DNA from: Bacteroidota bacterium
GTDB taxonomy: Bacteria; Bacteroidota; Bacteroidia; NS11-12g; UBA955
Direction of reading: 5' to 3'
Length of the DNA: 64,000 bases
Assembly (NCBI GenBank): GCA_027621365.1
Contig: JAQCBH010000007.1
Coordinates: forward strand, 22,447-86,446
Shown: in pieces, positions 40,331 to 49,855 of the stretch
Layout of the letters: each line of letters begins with the position of its first letter
Position numbering within the stretch: the stretch's first letter is position 1
Made by a program: the position numbers and the translations under genes
The notes under the pieces: model-generated
The model's input: only the letters and a program-made list of their open reading frames with translations
Databases searched by the model: none
Told to the model about the DNA's origin: nothing

Positions 40331-41470
40331 ATGGCACGTCCACTTAAAAAATTAGTCATTCATGATCTGGTAAAGTTGAGGGGAGATCTAATTGCGAGAG
40401 AGGGCTATTCTCCTCATTCTACCAAGCAATATGAATCCTTTTCCAGCCAAATTTTTTTAAAAACGGGAGTGCTTCTAAGTGTTTCCACGTTGCAGCGGTT
40501 CTTCGATGAGAAAACAGCAGTGTTGCCGAGCAGCAGCACCCTAGATACGTTGACTTGCTACATGGGTTTCGTAGACTATGCTGATTGGGTAAGGGGTCAA
40601 CAGTTCGGTCAACGATTTCTGACATATCTGGCCAAATTGTCTCAAGGAGAAGGTGCCAAGTCCATGAATGCCATTTCAAATTCTGAGGTATGGACCTCTG
40701 AAAATCAAACCTGGTTTCAAACGGGTTTGCTGATCACACCCGTGGCTCATTGGGATGAATTGTTCTCAGAGGCTCAATCCAGAATGAAAACTTGGGAAGA
40801 TCTGTACCTCTCAGGTCTGGTATTGGCTCTTAGTATGAGAAATGGACAAATCGATGTCACTTCTTTACCCGAGAATGTCATCAATCATCCCTTTTTCATG
40901 GATCGCATTACGACCTACTTCATTGATGAGGAAAGACCCAATTGGTATTTGGCTCTGATGCCCCGGGCTGAAGAATGTCCAGAGAAATTTTGGCTGACCT
41001 CTGACAAAAAAGCGATTGATTTTTCGTTGAACCATCTTCGGGATTCGCAGTTAATGGCTCCTTCGCTTAGAGAATGGGATCGACTCATGCAGATGACAGA
41101 CAAAATGTCCAATGTTCCCATTGCTCGTTTAGCAGCTTGTTATTCTCAAATTGATGCCGATAGAAAGACCATGTTATTGGACTTTATTGATTCCTGGTTC
41201 GGTTCCATTTCTCATGATGATCAGTTGAGAGCCACTCAATTTTTGATTCGCCAATTGCAGCGCGCCGATTGGCCAATAATCAAAGAAATTTTAGATCCGT
41301 ATACCCAGCAATTCAAGCCTCGAAACTCCCAGCAAACGATTGAATGGAAGCATTTCAATAGTCTGGTAAGTGCCTTAGAGAATCGAATTTTGGAACCGGC
41401 TATTTTTTACCATTTGCACAATTCGGAGATGAATCGGTTTCACTGGAACCGAATCAAGAATAGCCCCTAA
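40331..41470 (+). CDS. Hypothetical protein with N-terminal HTH-like DNA-binding domain
   Basis: LSVSTLQRFF...PSSSTLDTL..YMGF.DY.DW resembles an XRE-like HTH; the remainder is helical and unrecognised. Confidence 0.55.
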   Translation: MARPLKKLVIHDLVKLRGDLIAREGYSPHSTKQYESFSSQIFLKTGVLLSVSTLQRFFDEKTAVLPSSSTLDTLTCYMGFVDYADWVRGQQFGQRFLTYLAKLSQGEGAKSMNAISNSEVWTSENQTWFQTGLLITPVAHWDELFSEAQSRMKTWEDLYLSGLVLALSMRNGQIDVTSLPENVINHPFFMDRITTYFIDEERPNWYLALMPRAEECPEKFWLTSDKKAIDFSLNHLRDSQLMAPSLREWDRLMQMTDKMSNVPIARLAACYSQIDADRKTMLLDFIDSWFGSISHDDQLRATQFLIRQLQRADWPIIKEILDPYTQQFKPRNSQQTIEWKHFNSLVSALENRILEPAIFYHLHNSEMNRFHWNRIKNSP

Positions 41471-42324
41471 GCCAATCGCAAAGCTTGCCAAATCAAGGTC
41501 ACTATCAATATCGATAGACTGACCCACTGCAAACCGATGGGCCTTTCTTTATTGATGATCCAAGCTCCAAATATCGAGAGCACAGGTGTGACTACACCGG
41601 CTATAGCGGTAGATTCAGTGCCGTGTTCGGCATACGACTGTACCGTTGTTAATACGGCTAACGCGGTAATTATGCCGGTGAGCAATGGCCATTTTGCTTC
41701 CTTGAAGGCATTTGATTTTTTCCAAAGCAAAAGGGAGGCAGAACCAAAGGCTATGCAGGCCTCTACCCAGGCCGCAGTAGGGATCGCTCCTATTTGAGAA
41801 GTGACCGATTCGTACCACGAATAGGACAGGCCCCAGCTGCAAGAAGCCAAACAGGCCCAAAGAATGGGAAGCGTTGGGGCTTTGGGATCTTGATTTCTTT
41901 GGAATTGGAACGAGAGTAAAATTCCGGCAATCATCAGCGATAGAATGGCCAAATTTTCTAGTGGCATCCATCGGCTGTTATGTTGGAAAAACCAGAAGAC
42001 ATAGGTGACAACGGGTGTCAATGCTACTACAGGGATGATGATATGAAGGGCTCCGTCTTTTAAGGACTTTCCAAAGGCCCACAACCCGAGCCAACCTAGA
42101 AGTCCAACTCCAATGATTCGGAAATCGTGTTGGATGGCATGAGAAAATGATAGACTCCATTCATTTAAATTGGGAGTTACAACCAACACCACGCATCCTA
42201 ACAACAGGGTGGAGGTCCAGGATCGAATGGCCGTATTGACAGAGACAGAATTGTACTGCTGGGCTTGCTTCCACGCTAAATCGACGAGTGCGAACAGTAG
42301 GTTCGCCAACAAGGCCCACTTCAT
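41467..42324 (-). CDS. EamA/DMT family transporter
   Basis: About 10 TM helices in two repeats; PVLSIFGAWIINKERP. Start set at ATG 42324. Confidence 0.75.
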   Translation of the reverse strand: MKWALLANLLFALVDLAWKQAQQYNSVSVNTAIRSWTSTLLLGCVVLVVTPNLNEWSLSFSHAIQHDFRIIGVGLLGWLGLWAFGKSLKDGALHIIIPVVALTPVVTYVFWFFQHNSRWMPLENLAILSLMIAGILLSFQFQRNQDPKAPTLPILWACLASCSWGLSYSWYESVTSQIGAIPTAAWVEACIAFGSASLLLWKKSNAFKEAKWPLLTGIITALAVLTTVQSYAEHGTESTAIAGVVTPVLSIFGAWIINKERPIGLQWVSLSILIVTLIWQALRLA

Positions 42325-42362
42325 GGCCACAAAGGTAGAGCCAAGCCTTAACTTCGCTGCAC

Positions 42363-43217
42363 ATGAGACTGGAAAATGGGCAGATTCGAGTGGAATTATC
42401 CAAGCGTGGGGCCGAACTGCAGGTTTTAAGCAAACAGGGTGGACCGAATCGCCTTTGGCAAGTGGATGAGCACTATTGGAACCGAGTGGCTCCCTTGTTG
42501 TTCCCCATAGTGGGTAAGCTCAAAAACGATTGCTCTCTGGTACCTGAAGGAACCATCCAATTGCGTCAACACGGTTTCGCCCGCGATTGTGATTTTGACA
42601 TTCGGTATCAAAGTGAGGAACAGGTGATACTGACATTGGCAGATGATGCTCAAACCCGTCAGGGTTTTCCTTTTTCCTTTGAACTGGAAGTGGAATACAA
42701 GCTTCAATTCGATCGATTGATGGTTCAATACAGGGTCATCAATACAGGAAATGGTCACTTACCGTTTTCGATTGGTGCGCATCCCGGTTTTGCCCTCGAG
42801 GGCCCATTGGAAGAACACCGATTGGTTTTTGGAGAGCCCCTCACTGCCGAGCGTTATTGGATTGAAAACGGCTTGTATACCGGCGCCTCAAGTCCATGTT
42901 TGAACCAGCAGAAGGAACTGTCGTTGAAAACCGAAGATTTCCAGCAGGATGCTATCGTGTTCAAGAACTGTGGAGTTAGTTCCGTACGTCTCGAACACAA
43001 CAGTGGTCCCTTGGTTGAAATGCAATTGCCATCGGCTGATGACTTTCCCTACTGGGGTTTTTGGACCAAGCCAGGCGCGCCCTTCTTTTGCTTGGAACCC
43101 TGGGCTGGATTGGCCGATTCGGTTGGCAGCTCTAGGAGCTTCTTTGAAAAAGAGGGCATTCGGGTATTGAAGCCCAATGAACGTCAATCGTTCAGTTATT
43201 CTTTGAAGCCCTTTTGA
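42363..43217 (+). CDS. Aldose 1-epimerase family protein (LacX-like)
   Basis: APLLFPIVG.L, HGFARD, FSIGAHPGF and FFCLEPWAG. Confidence 0.92.
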   Translation: MRLENGQIRVELSKRGAELQVLSKQGGPNRLWQVDEHYWNRVAPLLFPIVGKLKNDCSLVPEGTIQLRQHGFARDCDFDIRYQSEEQVILTLADDAQTRQGFPFSFELEVEYKLQFDRLMVQYRVINTGNGHLPFSIGAHPGFALEGPLEEHRLVFGEPLTAERYWIENGLYTGASSPCLNQQKELSLKTEDFQQDAIVFKNCGVSSVRLEHNSGPLVEMQLPSADDFPYWGFWTKPGAPFFCLEPWAGLADSVGSSRSFFEKEGIRVLKPNERQSFSYSLKPF

Positions 43218-43232
43218 TCTAATTTTACAGCC

Positions 43233-43667
43233 ATGGAATTGTTGTTATCCATTTGGCCCATGTTGATCGGTGCCATCGTCTACTTCGCCATCGTGATTCG
43301 CATACGCAACAAACACGAAAAGGGCTTGCTTTGGCTGAGCGATGAGGCTCGGGGTCGTTTGATCACCGATTTGAAGCCCATTCGCAACCTGTCCACCTAT
43401 TTGTTGTTGGGCATAGTCGTGATTTTTGTGCTCGTAGTATCCATGATGGACAATGGATATTCCCACTTATACTCGATTCTGTATTTGCTCTTGATTCTAG
43501 GCATTCAGGTGCCCATGGGCTTCTACCAGAAAAAGTTACTGGCCGAAAAAGGCTACGACGAGCGTTATGTCAAACTCACGGGTGAATTGGTTTGGATGCG
43601 CTTGTTGGCCATTGGCATCATGGGTTTGGCCCTGACGCTCAATGCCTTGAACTTGGACATTATTTGA
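43233..43667 (+). CDS. Hypothetical membrane protein
   Basis: Four hydrophobic helices; fills the gap between flanking genes. Confidence 0.65.
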   Translation: MELLLSIWPMLIGAIVYFAIVIRIRNKHEKGLLWLSDEARGRLITDLKPIRNLSTYLLLGIVVIFVLVVSMMDNGYSHLYSILYLLLILGIQVPMGFYQKKLLAEKGYDERYVKLTGELVWMRLLAIGIMGLALTLNALNLDII

Positions 43668-44649
43668 GGTCGATAAAACTCGACTTAGCAAAGCTAGCGG
43701 ACCGTTGCCACTTGCCGTTGGCAATGACGGGATGAGGGCAATGGTAATGGAATTTGGGTTTGTGGTAAGGAGGTAGAAAAGACCAATCCAAGGTCGTCTC
43801 AATGGTCTTCAAATGGGTATGAACCAAAACCAGTGCCTCGCCCAGAACAGCGTCAGGCGTTTTCCAAACAAAGAAATCGGTCAATGGCCAACCCAATTGA
43901 GCAGAAACTGCCGCTTCGATAGACTCAATGGAGAGTTTGATACCCCCAGAATTGACCACAAAATCGGCCCGGCCCAGCCAGGTGAATCCGTCGGCTTCGG
44001 CCCGCACGCGATCCCTTGTTTCTAGCCATTGATGGCCAGTGGTAGGGCTTTTTACAAACAGGAGCTCCTCTTCCACTTTCCAATCATAGCCCTTAAGAAC
44101 GCGGTAAATGCCATGAGAGTCGCCGATGATTCGACCGGCAAAGTGGCTATAGGTTTCGCTCATACCGAAGGTGTGAATGAATCGAACGGGTAGCAAGTCG
44201 GGCTCAGTCAGTCGAGCCTCTAAGGCAGGATCGAGTGGGCCTCCACCCAACAAAACCGTATGAAACCCAAGCAACCGATGAATGCCTTGCGGAGACTGTA
44301 CCACATGGTGAAGTTGCATAGGTGTCAATGAGACGATGGAAAACTGACCTTCCAAATGGGGCACAGAAGTGGCCTCTCGCACCTCTATGGGTGTTTTCCA
44401 AACTTCGGCCCTCACGGCTTGCATGAGGCCACCTGCTTTGTCGAGAGGCAGAACACAAAGCTGACTCAAATCTTGACAACCATTGAAAAAAGCAGCCAAA
44501 GTTTGCTCGGCGCTCCAAATCATGTGTTCTCGCTTCCAAACCATGGGGTTGGGCTTTCCCGTTGAGCCTGAGGTGTGCATGGTGAACGATTCTTCGCCCG
44601 AATGCCAGGCTTTGAGGAATTCAGCATGCAAGGTTCGATTGGAGGCCAT
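43660..44649 (-). CDS. menE: O-succinylbenzoate-CoA ligase-like AMP-binding enzyme (short Bacteroidota type)
   Basis: HTSGSTGKP, LLGGGP, TFGMSETYSH, T.D.V and WLGRADFVVNSGGIK. Confidence 0.75.
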   Translation of the reverse strand: MASNRTLHAEFLKAWHSGEESFTMHTSGSTGKPNPMVWKREHMIWSAEQTLAAFFNGCQDLSQLCVLPLDKAGGLMQAVRAEVWKTPIEVREATSVPHLEGQFSIVSLTPMQLHHVVQSPQGIHRLLGFHTVLLGGGPLDPALEARLTEPDLLPVRFIHTFGMSETYSHFAGRIIGDSHGIYRVLKGYDWKVEEELLFVKSPTTGHQWLETRDRVRAEADGFTWLGRADFVVNSGGIKLSIESIEAAVSAQLGWPLTDFFVWKTPDAVLGEALVLVHTHLKTIETTLDWSFLPPYHKPKFHYHCPHPVIANGKWQRSASFAKSSFIDLK

Positions 44650-44722
44650 ACTGCAAATGTACGCAGTGTCATATTTGCTTTGAGAATCGGACCTTTATTC
44701 CGTCAATGGGTATTTTTGCGAA

Positions 44723-46102
44723 GTGATTAAAATCCAATCCTTGTTTTTCACTCTTTTGGCGGCGATGGCATTTGCCTCTCTTCATGCCCAGACCAGCGTT
44801 CCCAACTACATCGATACCGACCAAAATTGGACGGCTGCAGGCAGCCCTTACACCTTGTCGGCCAATACCTATTTGGCTGATGGAGCGTTCATTCGAATTG
44901 AACCGGGCGTAACTGTGGTTGCGAGCAAGGCTTTGCAATTCATCATTGACGGCCGATTGGAAGCTGTAGGAAAGCCTGATTCCATGATTCACTTGGAGGG
45001 ATTTCAAGTTCGTTTGCAGGCCAAAGCGGCAGGCTATGATTTGACCGCCGATACCGGTGCCCAGTTCAAATTCTGCCATTTTTATGGGCAAGCAAATTCC
45101 GGTACTTACAGTATTTACAACGAGTGCTCAGGTGTAGATATCGAGCATTGCCGCATGGAAGATGCCTATTACGGCGTGTACAACCGATTCAGCAGCAAAT
45201 TGGGCATCGTGCAAGTCTTGCATTCCTGTTTCCCATCGAGTTCCAAGTATGGATATCCCATCTATACCTCGGGACAAGGAATGCTGAACGTGGAATACGA
45301 TACTTTTGAGAACCAATATTCTGTTTACGGATATGGTACCGACATTCAATTCAATCGCAACTGGGTGAAGGGAACGGGTAGTGTTACCGTCTCTGTTTAC
45401 GGCTCTTTGGAAATGGAGTGCAATCGTTTTGAAAACATGGCTACGGGCTTTCAACTCAATTGCTGGGGATACTACGATACCTTGAAAGTTCAAGCTACCG
45501 GCAATACGTTTGACAGTTGTGGCGGTAGTTTTTACCCCATGATGAGCATCAGCGGGTCAACACCTGATAGCAGCAAACCCATCATCGCCCATTTGAATCG
45601 CAACAACTTCTTGCGCTATTCCGGTACTGGGCAAAAAATCAAGTTTACGGGAACCAATAAAAACCCGGCAGCCGGTTGGGATTTTGATTTTTCCAATAAC
45701 TATTGGAACAGTCAGGATACCCAGCAAATTGCCGATTGGATTCACGATTACAGCGATGATATCATGGTTTGGGCCAAGGCCCACGCCGATAATCCTGTGG
45801 CCTTGTTGATCGACGATTGTGGCGATCACACCGCTCAGGTGGCGTTGAAATTGGATGACATTCAAGTAAGAATCTATCCCAATCCGAGCAGCGATGAGAC
45901 CATTGGAATAATCGTCAACGGTGGTTTTGATTCTTATATGCTGATCAATTCACAAGGTCAGGTTGTGGGTGCAGGTTCTGGATCGATTCAGTCTCGTTCC
46001 GAGTTGCAGTGGCCTGCTAGCTCCGGCATTGGAATCTACCACTTGGTATTGACCAAAGAGGGTCGCTCCATCAGCCAAACCCTCATTCGCCAGGCCCATT
46101 AA
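44723..46102 (+). CDS. T9SS-secreted protein with beta-helix-like region and type A C-terminal sorting domain
   Basis: Signal peptide, WT..GSPY, Asn-rich beta-helix-like repeats and C-terminal IYPNPS...GIYHLVL...QTLIR. Confidence 0.8.
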   Translation: MIKIQSLFFTLLAAMAFASLHAQTSVPNYIDTDQNWTAAGSPYTLSANTYLADGAFIRIEPGVTVVASKALQFIIDGRLEAVGKPDSMIHLEGFQVRLQAKAAGYDLTADTGAQFKFCHFYGQANSGTYSIYNECSGVDIEHCRMEDAYYGVYNRFSSKLGIVQVLHSCFPSSSKYGYPIYTSGQGMLNVEYDTFENQYSVYGYGTDIQFNRNWVKGTGSVTVSVYGSLEMECNRFENMATGFQLNCWGYYDTLKVQATGNTFDSCGGSFYPMMSISGSTPDSSKPIIAHLNRNNFLRYSGTGQKIKFTGTNKNPAAGWDFDFSNNYWNSQDTQQIADWIHDYSDDIMVWAKAHADNPVALLIDDCGDHTAQVALKLDDIQVRIYPNPSSDETIGIIVNGGFDSYMLINSQGQVVGAGSGSIQSRSELQWPASSGIGIYHLVLTKEGRSISQTLIRQAH

Positions 46103-47370
46103 CCGGCATAAGCCACCAAACATTCGAGCAAGGCCTCGAGGTCTGATTCGTTGTTGTAGTAGTGCGTGGAAACGCGCACACAATCGATGTCATTTTCGCC
46201 CACATGCCGTAAAATAATGTGCTGCTTGCGGGCTTCTTGAACGAATTCAACGTTTGATTTGTCTTTCAGCCTAAAGGAGATTTGGGCTCCTCTTGAGCGC
46301 GCCTCCAGCGGTGTCAGCATATCGAGTTTAACGGGGAGGGCCATCAATTTTTCTTGCAAGGTGCTGGCCAAGCCCATGCTGCGCTGTTCGATACGAGCGG
46401 GACCCATGGTATGGTAAAACTCCAAGGCGGCGGTTGCTCCTTCTATGAGCGCCCCAGAGAAGCTACCGTAGCTGAATCGCGAGGCAGAATCGACCAATTC
46501 TCCCAAAGCAGGGGGTTGGGTATTCATGTTGAAGGTATCCAGCGAGTAAGCGGCCACATGGGTGCAGCGGGTCTCGGCCAATCGTTCTTTTTTGATGTAC
46601 AAATAGCCCGTTCCCAAGGGGCCTAGGGCCCATTTGTGCAGGCAGCCAGCATAGTAATCGCAACCTATTTCGTGCAAGTTGAATTGCAACATTCCCAGCG
46701 GGTGCGCTCCATCCAATACCGAATAGATACCTTTCATCTTGGCCAGTCGACATATGTCCTGGACGGGCAGAATTTGGCCAATGGTGCAAGGCACATGGGG
46801 AACAGCAATCACGCGGGTGCGGGGACCAATGGCCGATTCGATGGCCTCCATGGTTTGGTCGGCCGTGGGTTTCAAGTCCACGACTTTGATGCTCAATCCT
46901 TCCAAACGGGCTCGGTGAAGCCAAGCGGCGCATCCACCGACATGCTCGTGGCTGGTCAAAATGATTTCGTCCCCTTTTTTCAAGGGAATGCCCCAGCAAA
47001 TGTGGTTGATGCCCTCGCTGACGTTTTTGGTGATGGCCACTTCGTCGTGATCGGCGCCAATGGTTTCCGCCAGAAGTTTTTCCAACTTGTCATTGTGACC
47101 GGGATAACGGGCGTGAATGGCAGAATCTTGCAGAGAATCTATGCTGGCTTGCAAGACGGGATAAGGGCTTACCCCCATGGTGCCGTTGTTCAAAAACACG
47201 GTCTTTCTGTCCAAGGGAAAGAGGCTTCGAATGCGGTCCCAGTCGTCAGAATCGGTCGCCAATTGGGCCTCTAGCATGCTGCGTTTGTTGTTGGTTAACA
47301 AAGAATTACCCTGAAGAGCAAGGGGAGCGGCCGTGGCCGTCCAAGCCAAGAATCGTCTGCGATTGAGCAT
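46099..47370 (-). CDS. Class V PLP-dependent aminotransferase/lyase (cysteine desulfurase / isopenicillin N epimerase-like) with Tat signal
   Basis: MLNRRRFL twin-arginine motif, FLNNGTMG, LDGAH, HKWALGPLGTG and RVSTHYYN. Confidence 0.85.
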   Translation of the reverse strand: MLNRRRFLAWTATAAPLALQGNSLLTNNKRSMLEAQLATDSDDWDRIRSLFPLDRKTVFLNNGTMGVSPYPVLQASIDSLQDSAIHARYPGHNDKLEKLLAETIGADHDEVAITKNVSEGINHICWGIPLKKGDEIILTSHEHVGGCAAWLHRARLEGLSIKVVDLKPTADQTMEAIESAIGPRTRVIAVPHVPCTIGQILPVQDICRLAKMKGIYSVLDGAHPLGMLQFNLHEIGCDYYAGCLHKWALGPLGTGYLYIKKERLAETRCTHVAAYSLDTFNMNTQPPALGELVDSASRFSYGSFSGALIEGATAALEFYHTMGPARIEQRSMGLASTLQEKLMALPVKLDMLTPLEARSRGAQISFRLKDKSNVEFVQEARKQHIILRHVGENDIDCVRVSTHYYNNESDLEALLECLVAYAG

Positions 47371-47478
47371 GGTCCAAACTAGAGAAAAAAGAGGAAATGG
47401 TCTTAGTGAGGGGCAACTATTTTTTGTTTGTAGCACTACACTTTTGCAAGTTTGTCAGGGAATAGGCAATTTTGGAAC

Positions 47479-48573
47479 ATGAAGGTATTGGGAATCATGA
47501 GTGGGACGAGCATGGATGGAGTTGATCTGGCTCTTTGCGATGTGCAGCAAGATCCAAACGGTTGGAAGGCAGAAATCCTCACCGCTGTTACCATACCTTA
47601 TAATGAGACTTGGCGTGTTCGATTGAGTCAATTGCGCTATCAATACGGCGAAGTGTTGGCCAAGACCGATGTGTTTTACGGGCGTTATTTGGGTGATTTG
47701 GCTCGGGTCTTTCACGAATCGAGCGGTCACAATGTTGACCTTGTAGCTTCGCATGGGCATACCATTTTTCACAATCCCGACAAAGGCTTGACCACCCAAA
47801 TTGGCGATGGGGCAACCTTGAGTCATTACGCTCAGCGCCCCGTAGTTTCCAATTTCAGACGAGGAGATGTGGCCGCCGGTGGTCAAGGAGCTCCGTTGGT
47901 TTCAATTGGCGATCAATTGCTCTTTGGGGACTATGAATTTTGCTTGAATTTGGGTGGATTCTCCAACATTTCGGCCTGCGTGAATGACAAGCGGGTGGCC
48001 TTTGATGTCTCTCCCTGCAACATTGTGCTCAACCGATTGGCTCGTGAGTTGGATGTTTCCTACGATGAGGGAGGGGCCATCGCTGAAAGGGGTCAGGTGA
48101 TATACCCCTTGTTGGATGAGCTGAACGCCATTGATTATTACCATCAGAATTACCCCAAAAGCCTCGGTCGAGAGTGGATCAACAAGCATTTCTGGCATGT
48201 GGTGCGGGAATACGATCAACACCCGACAGAAGACCGCATGAAAACCTTGGTCTTGCATTCGGCGGCCCAAGTGGGTAAGGCCATTAAGCGGCTGCAGGCC
48301 GATGGCGTTTGTCAGCCCGGTTCAGGACGCATGTTGGTTACGGGTGGCGGAGCATACAACAAAACCTTGGTCGATTTCTTAAAATCAGAATGCCCTTGCG
48401 AGGTTGTGGTTCCCGACTCCAACCTAGTCGAATACAAAGAGGCCTTGATTTTTGCCTTGCTCGGCGCCATGCGTGTCAGCAACCAGCCCAATATATTGGC
48501 ATCGGCAACTGGAGCAACGCACAATGTCATCGGCGGATCATTGGACGGGGATTTTTCCTCCCTGTTGCGGTAG
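47479..48573 (+). CDS. anmK: Anhydro-N-acetylmuramic acid kinase
   Basis: GIMSGTSMDGVD, ASHGHTIFH, GGQGAPLV, LNLGGFSN, PKSLGREW and TGGGAYN. Confidence 0.95.
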   Translation: MKVLGIMSGTSMDGVDLALCDVQQDPNGWKAEILTAVTIPYNETWRVRLSQLRYQYGEVLAKTDVFYGRYLGDLARVFHESSGHNVDLVASHGHTIFHNPDKGLTTQIGDGATLSHYAQRPVVSNFRRGDVAAGGQGAPLVSIGDQLLFGDYEFCLNLGGFSNISACVNDKRVAFDVSPCNIVLNRLARELDVSYDEGGAIAERGQVIYPLLDELNAIDYYHQNYPKSLGREWINKHFWHVVREYDQHPTEDRMKTLVLHSAAQVGKAIKRLQADGVCQPGSGRMLVTGGGAYNKTLVDFLKSECPCEVVVPDSNLVEYKEALIFALLGAMRVSNQPNILASATGATHNVIGGSLDGDFSSLLR

Positions 48574-48609
48574 AGCCGCGCAGAATGCGGAACTTTGCAG
48601 CACAAATAG

Positions 48610-49854
48610 TTGCAAAAAGTGAAACTGGACAAGCTTATCGAGAAATTTGAAGGCAAGCAGCCTGAAATTGTATTCAACTGGAAAGATGCCGAAACAGAGG
48701 CCGAGGGTTGGGTAGTCATCAACTCTTTGAGAGGAGGAGCTGCTGGCGGAGGAACCCGCATGCGCAAAGGCTTAAATCAACACGAGGTAACCTCTTTGGC
48801 CAAGACCATGGAGGTCAAATTTACCGTTGCAGGTCCAGCCATTGGAGGGGCAAAATCTGGCATCAATTTCGATCCCACCGATCCCCGCAAAAAGGGGGTG
48901 TTGGAGCGCTGGTACAAGGCGGTGAAGCCTCTCTTGAAAAACTACTACGGAACAGGTGGGGATTTGAACGTCGATGAGATTCACGAGGTCATTCCCATGA
49001 CCGCTGATTTGGGTGTTTTGCATCCGCAGGAGGGAGTTGTGAACGGTCACTTTCAACAGTATAGCAGCGAAGACAAGCTCAAAGCCATTTCCCGTTTGCA
49101 ACAGGGAGTGTTGCTGCCCATTGCCGATGAGCGTTTGACGCCTGCCTTGGAAAAGGGTTATACCATCGCTGACATGATCACCGGATGGGGCGTGGCCGAA
49201 GCCGTTCGCCTCTACTACGAGATTTGGGGCGGTTTCACCAACAATAAATTGGCCATCATTCAAGGCTGGGGCAACGTAGCCGCTGCCGCTGCTTTCTATT
49301 TGACCAAATACGGAATTCGCATTGGCGGTATCATTGACCGCGAGGGCGGTATCATCGATCCCAAAGGATTGGGTCACGAGGAAATCGTCGAACTGTTTTT
49401 GAGCCGCAAAGGCAATGCTTTGAACACTCCGAATATGTTGTCGTTTGAGGAAGTGAACGAGCGCATTTGGGACCTTCCCGCTGAGATTTTCATTCCCGGG
49501 GCCGCCTCTCGTTTGGTGACCGAAGACCAGGTCAAGCGCCTGGAAAAATCGGGCATTGAAGTCGTGAGCTGTGGCGCCAATGTGCCCTTCGCTGATTCAG
49601 AAATATTCATGGGCCCGATCTCTCAATTGATCGATTCCAAAATGGCCGTCGTGCCCGACTTCATCGCCAACTGCGGCATGGCTCGTGTATTTGCTTACCT
49701 GATGAGCCAAGAGGCCGAACTCAACGATGTAGCTATCTTCAAAGACGTGTCGAACACGATTCGTTCGGCCATGATGCGCCTTCACCAATTCAACCCCAAA
49801 ACCACAGGTTTGAGCTCCAAAGCCTTGGAAATGAGCCTAACCGAACTCGTGTAA
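48610..49854 (+). CDS. Glu/Leu/Phe/Val dehydrogenase family protein
   Basis: GGGTRM, LAKTMEVK, GGAKSGI, IQGWGNVA, CGANVPF and PDFIANCG. Start is TTG 48610 or GTG 48619. Confidence 0.9.
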   Translation: MQKVKLDKLIEKFEGKQPEIVFNWKDAETEAEGWVVINSLRGGAAGGGTRMRKGLNQHEVTSLAKTMEVKFTVAGPAIGGAKSGINFDPTDPRKKGVLERWYKAVKPLLKNYYGTGGDLNVDEIHEVIPMTADLGVLHPQEGVVNGHFQQYSSEDKLKAISRLQQGVLLPIADERLTPALEKGYTIADMITGWGVAEAVRLYYEIWGGFTNNKLAIIQGWGNVAAAAAFYLTKYGIRIGGIIDREGGIIDPKGLGHEEIVELFLSRKGNALNTPNMLSFEEVNERIWDLPAEIFIPGAASRLVTEDQVKRLEKSGIEVVSCGANVPFADSEIFMGPISQLIDSKMAVVPDFIANCGMARVFAYLMSQEAELNDVAIFKDVSNTIRSAMMRLHQFNPKTTGLSSKALEMSLTELV

Positions 49855-49855
49855 T

